Shown: positions 9,485 to 19,441 of the stretch, piece by piece
Numbering within the stretch: position 1 is the stretch's first letter
Layout of the letters: each line of letters begins with the position of its first letter
Sequence record: NC_011409.1
Origin: a plasmid
Strand: one strand, 5' to 3'
DNA length: 59,393 bases
Program-made: the position numbers and the translations under genes
Notes under the pieces: generated by a model
The model's input: the letters and a program-made list of their open reading frames with translations, nothing else
Told to the model about the DNA's origin: nothing
Database searches by the model: none

Positions 9485-11530
9485 ATGAAATTATTTTTAT
9501 GCGAAAAACCATCACAAGGTAATGATATTGCAAAAGTATTAGGCGCGACAAAGCGTGGTGAGGGTTGTTTATCAACACCTGACGGTCAGCTTACAGTTAC
9601 CTGGGGAATTGGTCATCTAGTAGAGCAATTTAATCCTGAAGAATATGATCCTGCCTTTAAAAAGTGGGCATTTGAGACCTTGCCAATTATCCCGGGTAAA
9701 TGGGGGCTTTCACCTAAAAAAGAAACAAAAAAACAGTTCAATGTCGTCATGAAACTTATCAAACAAGCTAAACTTGTTGTCATTGCAACCGATATTGATA
9801 GAGAGGGCGAAACTATAGCAAGAGAATTGCTGGATTTGGCAGGATTTCGAGGGCAAATAAAACGCCTTTGGTTGTCCGCACTAGATGATGCCAGTATTCG
9901 TAAAGCCTTGGGTGCGCTTAAAGATAATGAGGAAACACTACCTCTTTACTATGCGGGGCTTGCACGTAGTCGAGCTGATTGGCTTATTGGTATGAATTTC
10001 TCTCGTCTCTATACCTTATTAGCGCAACAACAAGGGTATCAAGGGAAACCTTTAAGTGTTGGTCGGGTACAAACTCCAACATTAAGCCTGGTTGTTAATC
10101 GTGACCGTGAGATAAAAAACTTCATTCCTAAGCAACATTTTGCTTTGCAAGTAATGCTTTCTGATGGAAATCAGCATTTTGCTACGCAATACGTTATTCC
10201 GGAGCAATATTGTGATCCTGATGGACTTTGTTTATCTGCCCAAGTTATACAAGCAGCAAATCAGCAAATTCGCCAATTGGGCCAAGCGAAAGTGGAATCA
10301 GTTGAAACTAAACGTGAAAGACAAAATGCCCCACTTTGCTTTGCATTAAGTGACTTACAATCAGAAGCCAACCGCCTTTATGGGCTGGGTGCGCAAAGAG
10401 TATTGGATATAGCTCAATCACTTTATGAGACTCACAAAGCGACAACCTATCCTAGAACAGATTGTGGTTATTTACCGGAGTCTCAGTTTGCAGAAGCTCC
10501 TCAAATTATCCAATGTTTGTTGCAATCCGATAATCGATTACAACCCCTTGCAGGTATGTTAAACCTTAATCAAAAATCACGAGTTTGGAATGATAAAAAA
10601 ATTACTGCTCACCATGGCATTATTCCGACTATGATTAAAGCTGATATTAGCAAAATGTCTGATGAAGAATTAAAGCTCTATGATCTCATACGTCGTCGTT
10701 ATTTAGCTCAATTCTTACCTGTTTCTGAAACAGATAAGACACAAATTATTTTGAAGTGCGGTCAACATATATTAAGTGCACGTGGGAATGTGCTTATTGC
10801 TCCAGGTTGGAAAATTCTATTTGGCAAATCACTTGATGAAGATGATGACGCACCTCAAGCCTTGCCGACGTTAAAGCAAGGACAAGTCTGTCAGATTTCT
10901 GATTCAGAAATAAAAACCTTACAAACATCACCACCTAATCACTTCACGGAAGGCACATTGCTCACCGCAATGAAAAATGCAGCTCGCTTTGTAACTGATG
11001 AGCGTTTAAAACAACGCTTACGAGAAACTGAAGGGCTTGGTACAGAAGCCACCCGGGCGGGAACGATTCAAGGTTTGATTGATAAAGGTTTCTTGAAAAA
11101 GAAAGGTAAATCACTATTAGCGACAGATGAAGCAATGACGCTAATTGATAATTTACCTCAGATGTTAAAAGATCCTGGTTTAACCGCACTTTGGGAGCAA
11201 GCGCTCAATCAAATTGCTGAAAGAACGCTTTCGCTAGAGGTGTTTATGCAAAAACAAGAAGTCTTTGTGCGGCATTTGATGGCTGATTGCCTTAAAAAGG
11301 GAATGAGTTTGGGGAATATTGAAATTCGTAAATGTCCTAAGTGCGGTGCACCAATGATTAAAAGAAATGGTAAAAATGGGGCTTTTTTTGGGTGTTCTGC
11401 TTATCCCAATTGCCAACATATTGAAAATTTTGATAGCAAAAAGAATACTAAGGGCGCGAAAAGTTCTAAGAAAACATCGAGTAAAAGTGTTAGTGAGCAA
11501 ATTTCATCTTTACGAAGCTTATTGAACTAG
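9485..11530 (+). CDS. topB: DNA topoisomerase III
   Basis: TOPRIM N-terminus MKLFLCEKPSQ... and a topoisomerase IA core. C-terminal zinc ribbon CPKCGAPM...FFGCSAYPNC. The track ORF starts 5 codons earlier; the first Met of the Toprim domain is at 9485. Confidence 0.85.
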   Translation: MKLFLCEKPSQGNDIAKVLGATKRGEGCLSTPDGQLTVTWGIGHLVEQFNPEEYDPAFKKWAFETLPIIPGKWGLSPKKETKKQFNVVMKLIKQAKLVVIATDIDREGETIARELLDLAGFRGQIKRLWLSALDDASIRKALGALKDNEETLPLYYAGLARSRADWLIGMNFSRLYTLLAQQQGYQGKPLSVGRVQTPTLSLVVNRDREIKNFIPKQHFALQVMLSDGNQHFATQYVIPEQYCDPDGLCLSAQVIQAANQQIRQLGQAKVESVETKRERQNAPLCFALSDLQSEANRLYGLGAQRVLDIAQSLYETHKATTYPRTDCGYLPESQFAEAPQIIQCLLQSDNRLQPLAGMLNLNQKSRVWNDKKITAHHGIIPTMIKADISKMSDEELKLYDLIRRRYLAQFLPVSETDKTQIILKCGQHILSARGNVLIAPGWKILFGKSLDEDDDAPQALPTLKQGQVCQISDSEIKTLQTSPPNHFTEGTLLTAMKNAARFVTDERLKQRLRETEGLGTEATRAGTIQGLIDKGFLKKKGKSLLATDEAMTLIDNLPQMLKDPGLTALWEQALNQIAERTLSLEVFMQKQEVFVRHLMADCLKKGMSLGNIEIRKCPKCGAPMIKRNGKNGAFFGCSAYPNCQHIENFDSKKNTKGAKSSKKTSSKSVSEQISSLRSLLN

Positions 11531-11596
11531 GATTTAAGCGCCTGTGAATGGCGAGTCCTCAAAAATAGTGCTATACTAAAGCCTTCGTAAGACCGT

Positions 11597-11699
11597 TCGT
11601 GAATTGTCGGTTATCAATTCACACTAGCCAAAAATGATTCCAGCACGCTGAAAGGAATTTCTCACATTGATTAACGCTCCTTGTGAGGTGTGCCACCTA
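11597..11699 (+). ncRNA. Copy A of a conserved three-copy structured element (candidate ncRNA or ssDNA promoter/ssi), partial variant
   Basis: Hairpin gtgaattg...caattcac, then the conserved tagccaaaa..tccagcaNNctgaaagga block, a hairpin (ctcaca...tgtgag), and the closing block gtgtgccacct. Confidence 0.4.
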
Positions 11700-12146
11700 G
11701 TTAATCAGAGTAATGATGGAGTAACGCCCCAATTTACTCTCGACTTTTCAAATCGCTGGCCATTGCGGATTTTTAAAGTGTATTGCAAAGTGCATTTTGA
11801 AAATTCGCAATGGCTTGCTACTTTCTCCTTACCGGAGCCCACCGGTGAAACAATGGGTGCCCTTTGTGTCAATTTGATGCCACAGATATAACCGATTAAT
11901 GGCCACAAGGTAATCGGATAAGGCGAGTCGTAAAAATCCGTATATGGTAACGAACGTATCAGTATTTTTATGAATCAAATTAGTTTGGCCTACTTAATTT
12001 TTATTTAATCAATCTATAGTCAAAACTATAAGGTCATTCAGGAAACTGGGTGACCTTTTCTTTTGGCTAAAATATCTCCAAATAGAATTTTTAATTTTTT
12101 ATACATTTAACGTTTGCTTTAGATTTTAATAACAACAGTTTTTAAG

Positions 12147-12289
12147 GTGCTGTGAAAACAGCCTTTAAGAAGTTGCACGATTCTTGAGAAGCAACGCCTT
12201 GCCTTAGCGCAAGTAGAATCATAGCCAAAATTTTTTCCAGCACACTGAAAGGAGAATCTACGAATAATTCGTAGGTGTGCCACCTTAAA
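12147..12289 (+). ncRNA. Copy B of the conserved structured element
   Basis: Hairpin gctgtgaaaacagc. A long hairpin gattct..(cttg..caag)..agaatc. Then atagccaaaa, tccagcacactgaaagga, a hairpin ctacgaa-taa-ttcgtag, and the closing gtgtgccacctta. The first ~75 nt are ~95% identical to copy C; the third hairpin differs by compensatory changes. Confidence 0.45.
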
Positions 12290-12414
12290 CTACCCTTAAC
12301 CTAAAATAAGATTACTTATTCTAGTTTAATCACAATTTAACCCTTGGCGGGAAACATTTTTCCCGTGTTGGGTAAGGATGTTTCTCCGCTTTTTTACTAC
12401 TTAGGAGAAACATT

Positions 12415-12843
12415 ATGTCTACTCAAAACGCACAACCAAAATATTTCAATCTTCATACTTCTGGCATTGGTTATTTAAGCGATATTCGCGAAATCAAGCC
12501 GAAAAAAGGAGATGCATTTTGGGCTTGTCGAATTGCTGCTCTTACAGGTTCTTCCGATTCTCCGGAATATCGTTTTTTTGATATGAACGTATCCGGTGAA
12601 GAAACTGTAAATTTAATCAAACGCTGTCAAGAAGCTGTTGAAGCTAAGAAAAAAGTCTTAGTTTCCTTTGTAATGAGTGATTTGTGGTATGACACATTCA
12701 CTTATTCAAAAGACAGTGAATATCACAAAAAAGGTGATACTGGCGTGTCGATTAAAGGACGACTCTACCGTATTAACTTTATTAAAGTTGATGGTGAGTT
12801 GAAATATCAAGCAAAACGCCAAGATGAGCAAGGAAATGACTAA
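12415..12843 (+). CDS. Hypothetical protein (small accessory ICE gene)
   Basis: RBS ttaggagaaacattATG. 142 aa. Confidence 0.6.
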   Translation: MSTQNAQPKYFNLHTSGIGYLSDIREIKPKKGDAFWACRIAALTGSSDSPEYRFFDMNVSGEETVNLIKRCQEAVEAKKKVLVSFVMSDLWYDTFTYSKDSEYHKKGDTGVSIKGRLYRINFIKVDGELKYQAKRQDEQGND

Positions 12844-12861
12844 CCTATAAACCGATGAAAG

Positions 12862-12892
12862 CCAACAACAAAATTTGTTGGCTTTTTCTTTA
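12862..12892 (+). terminator. Rho-independent terminator
   Basis: Stem aaagccaacaa-caaaatt-tgttggcttt followed by a T-rich run. Confidence 0.65.
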
Positions 12893-12918
12893 CCCTGAAG
12901 GGGAAACTCCCCTTATGG

Positions 12919-13599
12919 GTGGTTTCTCCTTTTTTATTTCTATTTGAGGAGAAACCTATGAATACTTACGCTAAATTTTGCCCTAATGTTTTTGTTGCTA
13001 AATGTCCGGATGCTCACCAAAAAGGTGACATTATCATCTTAACCAGTAAATATGGTAAAGAGACTGAGGTAGAGATTCATAATCTCGTAAAAACATCTGA
13101 GGATGCGTATTTTTATTCCTTCACTCGTTGTGATGGTGTAAACAGTCAAGTTCGTGCAGAAAAAAAAGCTGAGCGTTATCAAAACGCGGCGAGTAATGCA
13201 TTAAAACGCAGTGAGCAATATTGTGAAGCTGCTAATGAAGGTCGTGAATTTCTTCGCTTGGGTGAACCGATTAAAATCGGTCATCATAGCGAAAAACGTC
13301 ATAGAGCCTTGATTGAACGTAATGCAAGACGCATGGATAAGTCTGTTGAAGAAATGCGTAAAGCAGAAAGTTATGACGGTAAAATCGCTTATTGGGAACA
13401 GATGGCAGGGAAAATTGATTTATCCATGCCGGAAAGTCTTGAGTTCTTTAAGTTTGAATTGGAAAAAGCCAAAGAAAAACACCAAGAGCTTAAAGATAAA
13501 CCTGAATTGCGAACACATGCTTTTTCTCTCACTTATGCTAAAAAAGCAGTCAATGAGCTTGAGAAAAAAGTAAAATTAGCCGAATTACTTTGGGCGTAA
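12919..13599 (+). CDS. Hypothetical protein, DUF3560-like (domain assignment from memory)
   Basis: 226-aa ORF with RBS gaggagaaacctATG. N-terminal beta-rich region then a charged coiled C-terminal region. No enzymatic motif. Confidence 0.55.
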   Translation: MVSPFLFLFEEKPMNTYAKFCPNVFVAKCPDAHQKGDIIILTSKYGKETEVEIHNLVKTSEDAYFYSFTRCDGVNSQVRAEKKAERYQNAASNALKRSEQYCEAANEGREFLRLGEPIKIGHHSEKRHRALIERNARRMDKSVEEMRKAESYDGKIAYWEQMAGKIDLSMPESLEFFKFELEKAKEKHQELKDKPELRTHAFSLTYAKKAVNELEKKVKLAELLWA

Positions 13600-13737
13600 T
13601 GCAAGTCAGACTTTTTAAATAAAGTGGACTCTATTAAAACTATGTACCATTAAAGTGTGTGTTAATTTGACCGCACTTTCACCCATAGGGGATATATCCC
13701 TTATGGGCGATATTCCCTATTTTAGAAGGAATATCGA

Positions 13738-14208
13738 ATGTTTAAATTAAACGAGCAACAACAAGCTATTTTAGAACAGGCACAGGTTATTTTAACTAAA
13801 GTGATGGAAGAAAAGCCCTTTTACCAAGGTGCACAGGAATTTACTGAGCCATCAATAGCTAAACTCTATTTTCAAACCATTATAGGGAATGAAGAAAGAG
13901 AAAATTTCGTGGTACTTTTCTTGGATAGAATGCACAGATTGATTAAATCTGAGGTGATGTTTCAAGGATCTGTTTCAGAAATTTCTGTGTCGATTCGGGA
14001 GATTATTCGACAGGCATTAAAGCTAAATGCATCAGCAATTATCATTGGGCACAATCATCCAACTGGAAATGTTGAGCCTAGTGATGCTGACAAATATATA
14101 ACCAAGAGATTAAAGGAAGCTTGTGAATTAATGGAAATTAAATTACTTGATCACTTTATCGTTTCTGGTTCTGCGTCTTTTTGCTTTACTGATAATCATC
14201 TTATGTAG
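13738..14208 (+). CDS. radC: RadC-like JAB-domain protein (UPF0758 family)
   Basis: JAMM-like motif GHNHPTGNVEPSDADKYITKRL, characteristic of the RadC family. Confidence 0.8.
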   Translation: MFKLNEQQQAILEQAQVILTKVMEEKPFYQGAQEFTEPSIAKLYFQTIIGNEERENFVVLFLDRMHRLIKSEVMFQGSVSEISVSIREIIRQALKLNASAIIIGHNHPTGNVEPSDADKYITKRLKEACELMEIKLLDHFIVSGSASFCFTDNHLM

Positions 14209-14300
14209 CTAACAACCTTTCACCCATTGGGGGATAACACCCTCAATGGCAGTGTTATCCCCTTTACTTTTTACATTTTAAAAATTTAGGAGAAACACTT

Positions 14301-14612
14301 ATGTGTAAGGAAAATCGTATTTTAGAACTTGGAAAAATCTTCGTCTCTCGTCGTATCTTAGCGGAATTAACTACCGAAAAGATCAATGAGGTCATCTCGT
14401 GGCATCAAAATGGCTGCATTATCATGCTGGGGAATAAAGATTGGATTGAAAAACCGCCACATCCGCTTGCAGAAATTGTCATGAATTTCTATCAAGCAGA
14501 TAATGGTAAAGACACCATTCAACTCTCTACTTCAGTAGATGATGACGGGAATCGAACAACTAAGATTTCTTTTTCTGATGAAAGTGAAGATGAGCAAAGA
14601 GGACACTTTGAT
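14301..14612 (+). pseudogene. 5' part of an ICE gene split by the Tn10 insertion
   Basis: The ORF reads MCKENRILELG...QRGHFD and then runs into the IS10 outside end at 14613. The same frame resumes at 26647 after the 9-bp duplication. Confidence 0.7.
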
Positions 14613-15812
14613 CTGATGAATCCCCTAATGATTTTTATCAAAATCATTAAGTTAAGGTGGATACACATCTTGTCATATGATCAAATGGTTTCGCCAAAAA
14701 TCAATAATCAGACAACAAAATGTGCGAACTCGATATTTTACACGACTCTCTTTACCAATTCTGCCCCGAATTACACTTAAAACGACTCAACAGCTTAACG
14801 TTGGCTTGCCACGCCTTACTTGACTGTAAAACTCTCACTCTTACCGAACTTGGCCGTAACCTGCCAACCAAAGCGAGAACAAAACATAACATCAAACGAA
14901 TCGACCGATTGTTAGGTAATCGTCACCTCCACAAAGAGCGACTCGCTGTATACCGTTGGCATGCTAGCTTTATCTGTTCGGGCAATACGATGCCCATTGT
15001 ACTTGTTGACTGGTCTGATATCCGTGAGCAAAAACGGCTTATGGTATTGCGAGCTTCAGTCGCACTACACGGTCGTTCTGTTACTCTTTATGAGAAAGCG
15101 TTCCCGCTTTCAGAGCAATGTTCAAAGAAAGCTCATGACCAATTTCTAGCCGACCTTGCGAGCATTCTACCGAGTAACACCACACCGCTCATTGTCAGTG
15201 ATGCTGGCTTTAAAGTGCCATGGTATAAATCCGTTGAGAAGCTGGGTTGGTACTGGTTAAGTCGAGTAAGAGGAAAAGTACAATATGCAGACCTAGGAGC
15301 GGAAAACTGGAAACCTATCAGCAACTTACATGATATGTCATCTAGTCACTCAAAGACTTTAGGCTATAAGAGGCTGACTAAAAGCAATCCAATCTCATGC
15401 CAAATTCTATTGTATAAATCTCGCTCTAAAGGCCGAAAAAATCAGCGCTCGACACGGACTCATTGTCACCACCCGTCACCTAAAATCTACTCAGCGTCGG
15501 CAAAGGAGCCATGGATTCTAGCAACTAACTTACCTGTTGAAATTCGAACACCCAAACAACTTGTTAATATCTATTCGAAGCGAATGCAGATTGAAGAAAC
15601 CTTCCGAGACTTGAAAAGTCCTGCCTACGGACTAGGCCTACGCCATAGCCGAACGAGCAGCTCAGAGCGTTTTGATATCATGCTGCTAATCGCCCTGATG
15701 CTTCAACTAACATGTTGGCTTGCGGGCGTTCATGCTCAGAAACAAGGTTGGGACAAGCACTTCCAGGCTAACACAGTCAGAAATCGAAACGTACTCTCAA
15801 CAGTTCGCTTAG
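14613..15812 (+). mobile_element. IS10-left, 3'-truncated by the IS5-family insertion
   Basis: Matches the IS10 outside end. The transposase frame (14720->) diverges at 15812 where the IS5-type IR begins. Several substitutions relative to the right copy (e.g. SVSKNGLW vs FVSKNDLW). Confidence 0.85.
14720..15812 (+). pseudogene. IS10-left transposase, truncated
   Basis: ~364 of 402 codons are present before the IS5-family IR. The track ORF continues artefactually into the IS5 sequence. Confidence 0.8.
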
Positions 15813-16960
15813 GGAAGGTGCGATTTAATCAGTCATGACGATCCAGAGCCTGGATATCCTCCTTACGCGGCAAAGTAAGCACCCCAGTTTGGACAATATT
15901 TAATCTCCCCCATCAACTCAGGGTAAGCAAAATGTCACTGCTCCACTGATATTACAATGATTTTCACGACATCCCCGCCAGTTGTCCCGCCCGCACCAAA
16001 TTGCACATTGCAAACAGCATTGAAAGCCGGTTGTGGTTCTTCATCAGTCCCCGTAATCGTGTTTTGCTGAAACCAAACTGGCACTTCAGTATCCGGAAAG
16101 GATGCTCAACCTTTGCCCTAATACCTGCTTTCACATATTCATCATGCAGCGCCTGCTTATTCAGCCGGGGATGCTGTCTGAGCTTTTTTACGGCATGAGG
16201 ACCTTTGGCAATAAACCACTCTTTAACCCGATGTGTCAGAGAGTCCCGTTTTTCTGCCCCGCGATATCCGGCATCGGCGAAGACAATTGCTACCGGCTCC
16301 GTAATCAGGCTATCCGCCGCATTCAGGTCATGCACATTTGCCGCCGTGGTCACTACTTTTTCCGTCAAGCCTGTGGCCGCATCAACAGCAATATGAGCTT
16401 TCATACCAAAGTACCACTGATTTCCCTTGCGGGTCTGATGCATTTCAGGATCCCGTTGACCGGCTTTATTTTTTACGGAACAGGGAGCGGAAATAATGGT
16501 CGCATCGATAATGATGCCCTGACGTAACATCAGTCCGGCCTGCTTCAGTTTCTGGTTAATCAGTGCCAGTATCTGTTCTCCTGCATGATGTTTCTCCAGA
16601 AAATGGCGGAAATTCATGATGGTTGTGCGATCTGGCACCGTGTCACAGATCCCCGCAAATTGACGGAACGGCAGGACATCATGCAGGGCGTCTTCAGCCG
16701 CTCCGTCACTGAGGTCAAACCAGAGTTGCAGGCAGTGGATACGGAGCATAAGCACCAGGGGGAAAGGCCGTCGGCCGCGACGGGATGACGGATAGACGTG
16801 AAGCAGCTTATCAGCAATATCCTGCCACGGCACCAGAACATTCATACGGTCAAGAAAACGGGATTTACGGGAGGAATAGCTGGAAATGGCAGGCATTGTA
16901 AACAGCTCATGATAAAGAAAGCTTTATGTTCTCACATATGACGATTAAATCGCACCTTCC
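15813..16960 (-). mobile_element. IS5-family insertion sequence, copy 1 (1148 bp)
   Basis: Terminal IRs GGAAGGTGCGATTTAATC(A)GTCAT at both ends. TTAG present on both flanks (15809-15812 and 16961-16964), a 4-bp TSD typical of IS5. Confidence 0.85.
15964..16896 (-). CDS. IS5-family DDE transposase (intact, 310 aa)
   Basis: Similar to IS5 Ins5: ..RRPFPLVLMLRIHCLQLWFDLSDGAAEDAL.., ..TIMNFRHFLE.., ..QRDPEMHQTRKGNQWYFGMKAHI.., ..VEHPFRILK... Confidence 0.85.
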   Translation of the reverse strand: MPAISSYSSRKSRFLDRMNVLVPWQDIADKLLHVYPSSRRGRRPFPLVLMLRIHCLQLWFDLSDGAAEDALHDVLPFRQFAGICDTVPDRTTIMNFRHFLEKHHAGEQILALINQKLKQAGLMLRQGIIIDATIISAPCSVKNKAGQRDPEMHQTRKGNQWYFGMKAHIAVDAATGLTEKVVTTAANVHDLNAADSLITEPVAIVFADAGYRGAEKRDSLTHRVKEWFIAKGPHAVKKLRQHPRLNKQALHDEYVKAGIRAKVEHPFRILKCQFGFSKTRLRGLMKNHNRLSMLFAMCNLVRAGQLAGMS

Positions 16961-17518
16961 TTAGCAGATCGTCTTACTTTATTTATAACATCAAAAAATA
17001 AAACTAAAATATATACCTGTTCAGCTTAACTTATTATATACCTTCCTGATGAAGCCGGACGATATGTTTATACTGAACAGAAAGAATGCCAACCAGAATA
17101 TTATCTTCTGTTATACATGGCGGTTTATTTATTGTTTAATTAAACATATTCAGGCATATTTCTATACCATCATGATGTTTTCACTGGTGTTACTACTGGT
17201 ATTAATACTAATGTTAATACTACAGGTGCTTTTACAGCATTCTGGTATTGTTTAAAACGACTGTCGCAGCAGTCTTTCTGGTGTTGTAAATACTATTATT
17301 GTAAGTGCTATTACTATAAATACTATTATTGTTATAACTGCATCTGGTGTTGTTACTAACTTATTACTGTTATTGTTACTGCTTTCTTTATTACTATTGC
17401 TGTTCGTCTTTGCTTGTTTTTTCTTATTAAGGATATTACCAAACTACGGGAGCATTATCGTACAGTGATCCTGAACCATTCTGAAACGAGATTACACATC
17501 ACGACGAAAAGATAAAAA

Positions 17519-17555
17519 AAAGCCACCATTCCTTCCGGATACAGTGGCTTAAATA
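17519..17555 (-). terminator. Terminator downstream of catA2
   Basis: On the minus strand: aagccactgtatccggaaggaatggtggc followed by T8. Confidence 0.65.
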
Positions 17556-17569
17556 AAGTATTAATTAAC

Positions 17570-18211
17570 TTATTTCAGTATGTTATCACACATCATCTGA
17601 AGTGTATTAATAAACCTGGCTGCATGAAAGCCATCACAAACGGCATGATGTACCTGTACAGAAACAGGTAATAATACGCGGTTATCTTCCTGCTGAAACT
17701 TCGCCATAGTAAACACCGGAGCAAAATAATCATCATTACCGGTGATATTCAGGTTAAATCCGTCAAAACTCACCCAGGGTAATGATGATATATTCAGGTG
17801 GTTCTCTGGTAACGCTCCCTGCGGGAACAATGCAGTATTATGCTGATATTCTGCCATCACCGCATTATAGCCCGCCATAAATTCACTGATATCCGGACAA
17901 TAACGGCAGAAGAGCGCAGAAAATGTTTCAGTCTCTTTATGAAAAACAGTAAATACAGGATCGGTCTGATCCCAGTAAATCAGTGCATTATCTTTCATTG
18001 CCATCCGGAACTCCGGAAACTGATTAACAACCCGGGAGATCAGATAAATCATCACCGGATAAAATTTATAATCCGTTTCCGCCAGTGCGGTACGCAAAGC
18101 TGTAATATCGAGTTTTGTGGTCAGGCTGAATCCGCATTTTATCTGCTGACGATAAAGAGCAAAATGTTCTCTGCGGTTCCAGGTGTTCAGATCAATTCTG
18201 GTAAAATTCAT
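17570..18211 (-). CDS. catA2: Chloramphenicol acetyltransferase, CatA2-type
   Basis: 213-aa type A CAT: MNFTRIDLNTWNRREHF... with the catalytic region ...VQVHHAVCDGFHAARF. The sequence is of the CatA2 (Haemophilus/plasmid) lineage rather than Tn9 CatA1. Confidence 0.9.
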   Translation of the reverse strand: MNFTRIDLNTWNRREHFALYRQQIKCGFSLTTKLDITALRTALAETDYKFYPVMIYLISRVVNQFPEFRMAMKDNALIYWDQTDPVFTVFHKETETFSALFCRYCPDISEFMAGYNAVMAEYQHNTALFPQGALPENHLNISSLPWVSFDGFNLNITGNDDYFAPVFTMAKFQQEDNRVLLPVSVQVHHAVCDGFHAARFINTLQMMCDNILK

Positions 18212-18338
18212 GTTTATTCCTTCTGATTAATAGCGAAAAATATTAATAATCAGAAGGCAGTCTGGTTGTCTCAATGGGCAGCATCCCGTCCTCCGTAAGC
18301 CGTTTGGTACAGAATAATGATATCAGATTCGGGCTCGC

Positions 18339-19423
18339 GAATTCAACTTCGAAGTGCAATTCCCGATTAAAAATCAGGCTGCTTTCAGAAGTTCGTCAAA
18401 AACCACCTGTGGCTGTTTAAATCCCAAGCATTTGCGCGGCCTGAAGTTCAGCCGCTTTTCGACGGCTGACAGTGCCTCTGCTGTCACCACACTCAAATCA
18501 CTGCCTTTGGGCACATATTGCCGCAGCAGACCATTGCTATTCTCATTCTGTCCCCGTTCCCATGCACTGTATGGATGCGCAAAGTACACCTGCGCTTCCA
18601 GCTCTGCTGCAACACGTTCATGTTCGACAAACTCGCTACCATTGTCAGCTGTGATGGTATGGACATGTGCCTGGTAGGGTTTCAGCATGCTGATAATGGT
18701 GTCCGCCACCGCGCTGGCTGTTTTGCTGGGAACGTATTGAACCAGGTAGAGCCGGCTCTTACGCTCCAACAGACTCACTATTGCACCGCTGCCTTGCTTA
18801 CCCAACACGGTATCGACTTCCCAATCTCCCACACGGCTCCGCTCATTGACTATCGCAGGGCGTTCATCAATCGATACCGGATTGGGAATGACACTGCGTT
18901 TGCTGTTCTTACCCTTGCGATAGCGTTTGTGACCCTGACGCAGATGCCGGTATAGCGTGCCACCGTTGGCCTTGTCGCGTGCCACATAGCGGTATATCCA
19001 CTCGTGGCTAACCGGGCAGTTAATCATGTCTCCAACGCCACTGATTTGCTCGGGACTCCAGTCCGCGACCAGCGCCATGCAAACAAAGTCGATGGTATCA
19101 GACGGGACAGTACGCTTCTGACTCGTCAGCCGTCGTGCCGTGGCAAGTTGGTGAGCCTGCTGCGGCTGATAGGCCTGCCCAGCACAATTACGACGAAGCT
19201 CACGACTGATAGTCGATGGATGAACCCCGAGCTGTTTGGCAATGCGGGCCTGTGACAGGCCATGGTCACGGAGGCAGGCAATCTGGTATCGTAGCCCCTC
19301 GGTCAACTGCTGGTATTTCATGGTGTATCGCTTTGTTTCTTTGGCGAGAAGAAGCGTACCCTAACTGGTAGTTGACCGCCTCTCTCCTATGCACCAGGGG
19401 CATTGCACTTATTATCTGAATTC
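18339..19423 (-). mobile_element. IS30-family insertion sequence (~1085 bp)
   Basis: Imperfect terminal IRs gaattcaacttcgaagtgcaat (18339-18362) and gcattgcacttattatctgaattc (19400-19423) bracket a single IS30-type transposase gene. Confidence 0.7.
18374..19321 (-). CDS. IS30-family transposase (315 aa)
   Basis: N-terminal HTH (..QARIAKQLGVHPSTISRELRRN..). DDE region with ..DTVLGKQG.., ..ITADNGSEF.. and ..RGQNENSNGLLRQY... Matches the IS30-family signature. Confidence 0.8.
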   Translation of the reverse strand: MKYQQLTEGLRYQIACLRDHGLSQARIAKQLGVHPSTISRELRRNCAGQAYQPQQAHQLATARRLTSQKRTVPSDTIDFVCMALVADWSPEQISGVGDMINCPVSHEWIYRYVARDKANGGTLYRHLRQGHKRYRKGKNSKRSVIPNPVSIDERPAIVNERSRVGDWEVDTVLGKQGSGAIVSLLERKSRLYLVQYVPSKTASAVADTIISMLKPYQAHVHTITADNGSEFVEHERVAAELEAQVYFAHPYSAWERGQNENSNGLLRQYVPKGSDLSVVTAEALSAVEKRLNFRPRKCLGFKQPQVVFDELLKAA

Positions 19424-19441
19424 ACGCTTAAGATGTATTAA

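Noticed and set aside
11667..11908. ORFs 11667..11891 (+) and 11705..11908 (-) in the topB-downstream noncoding region
   Set aside because: They overlap the conserved structured element (copy A) and each other and have no RBS. The region is better explained as a structured noncoding element.
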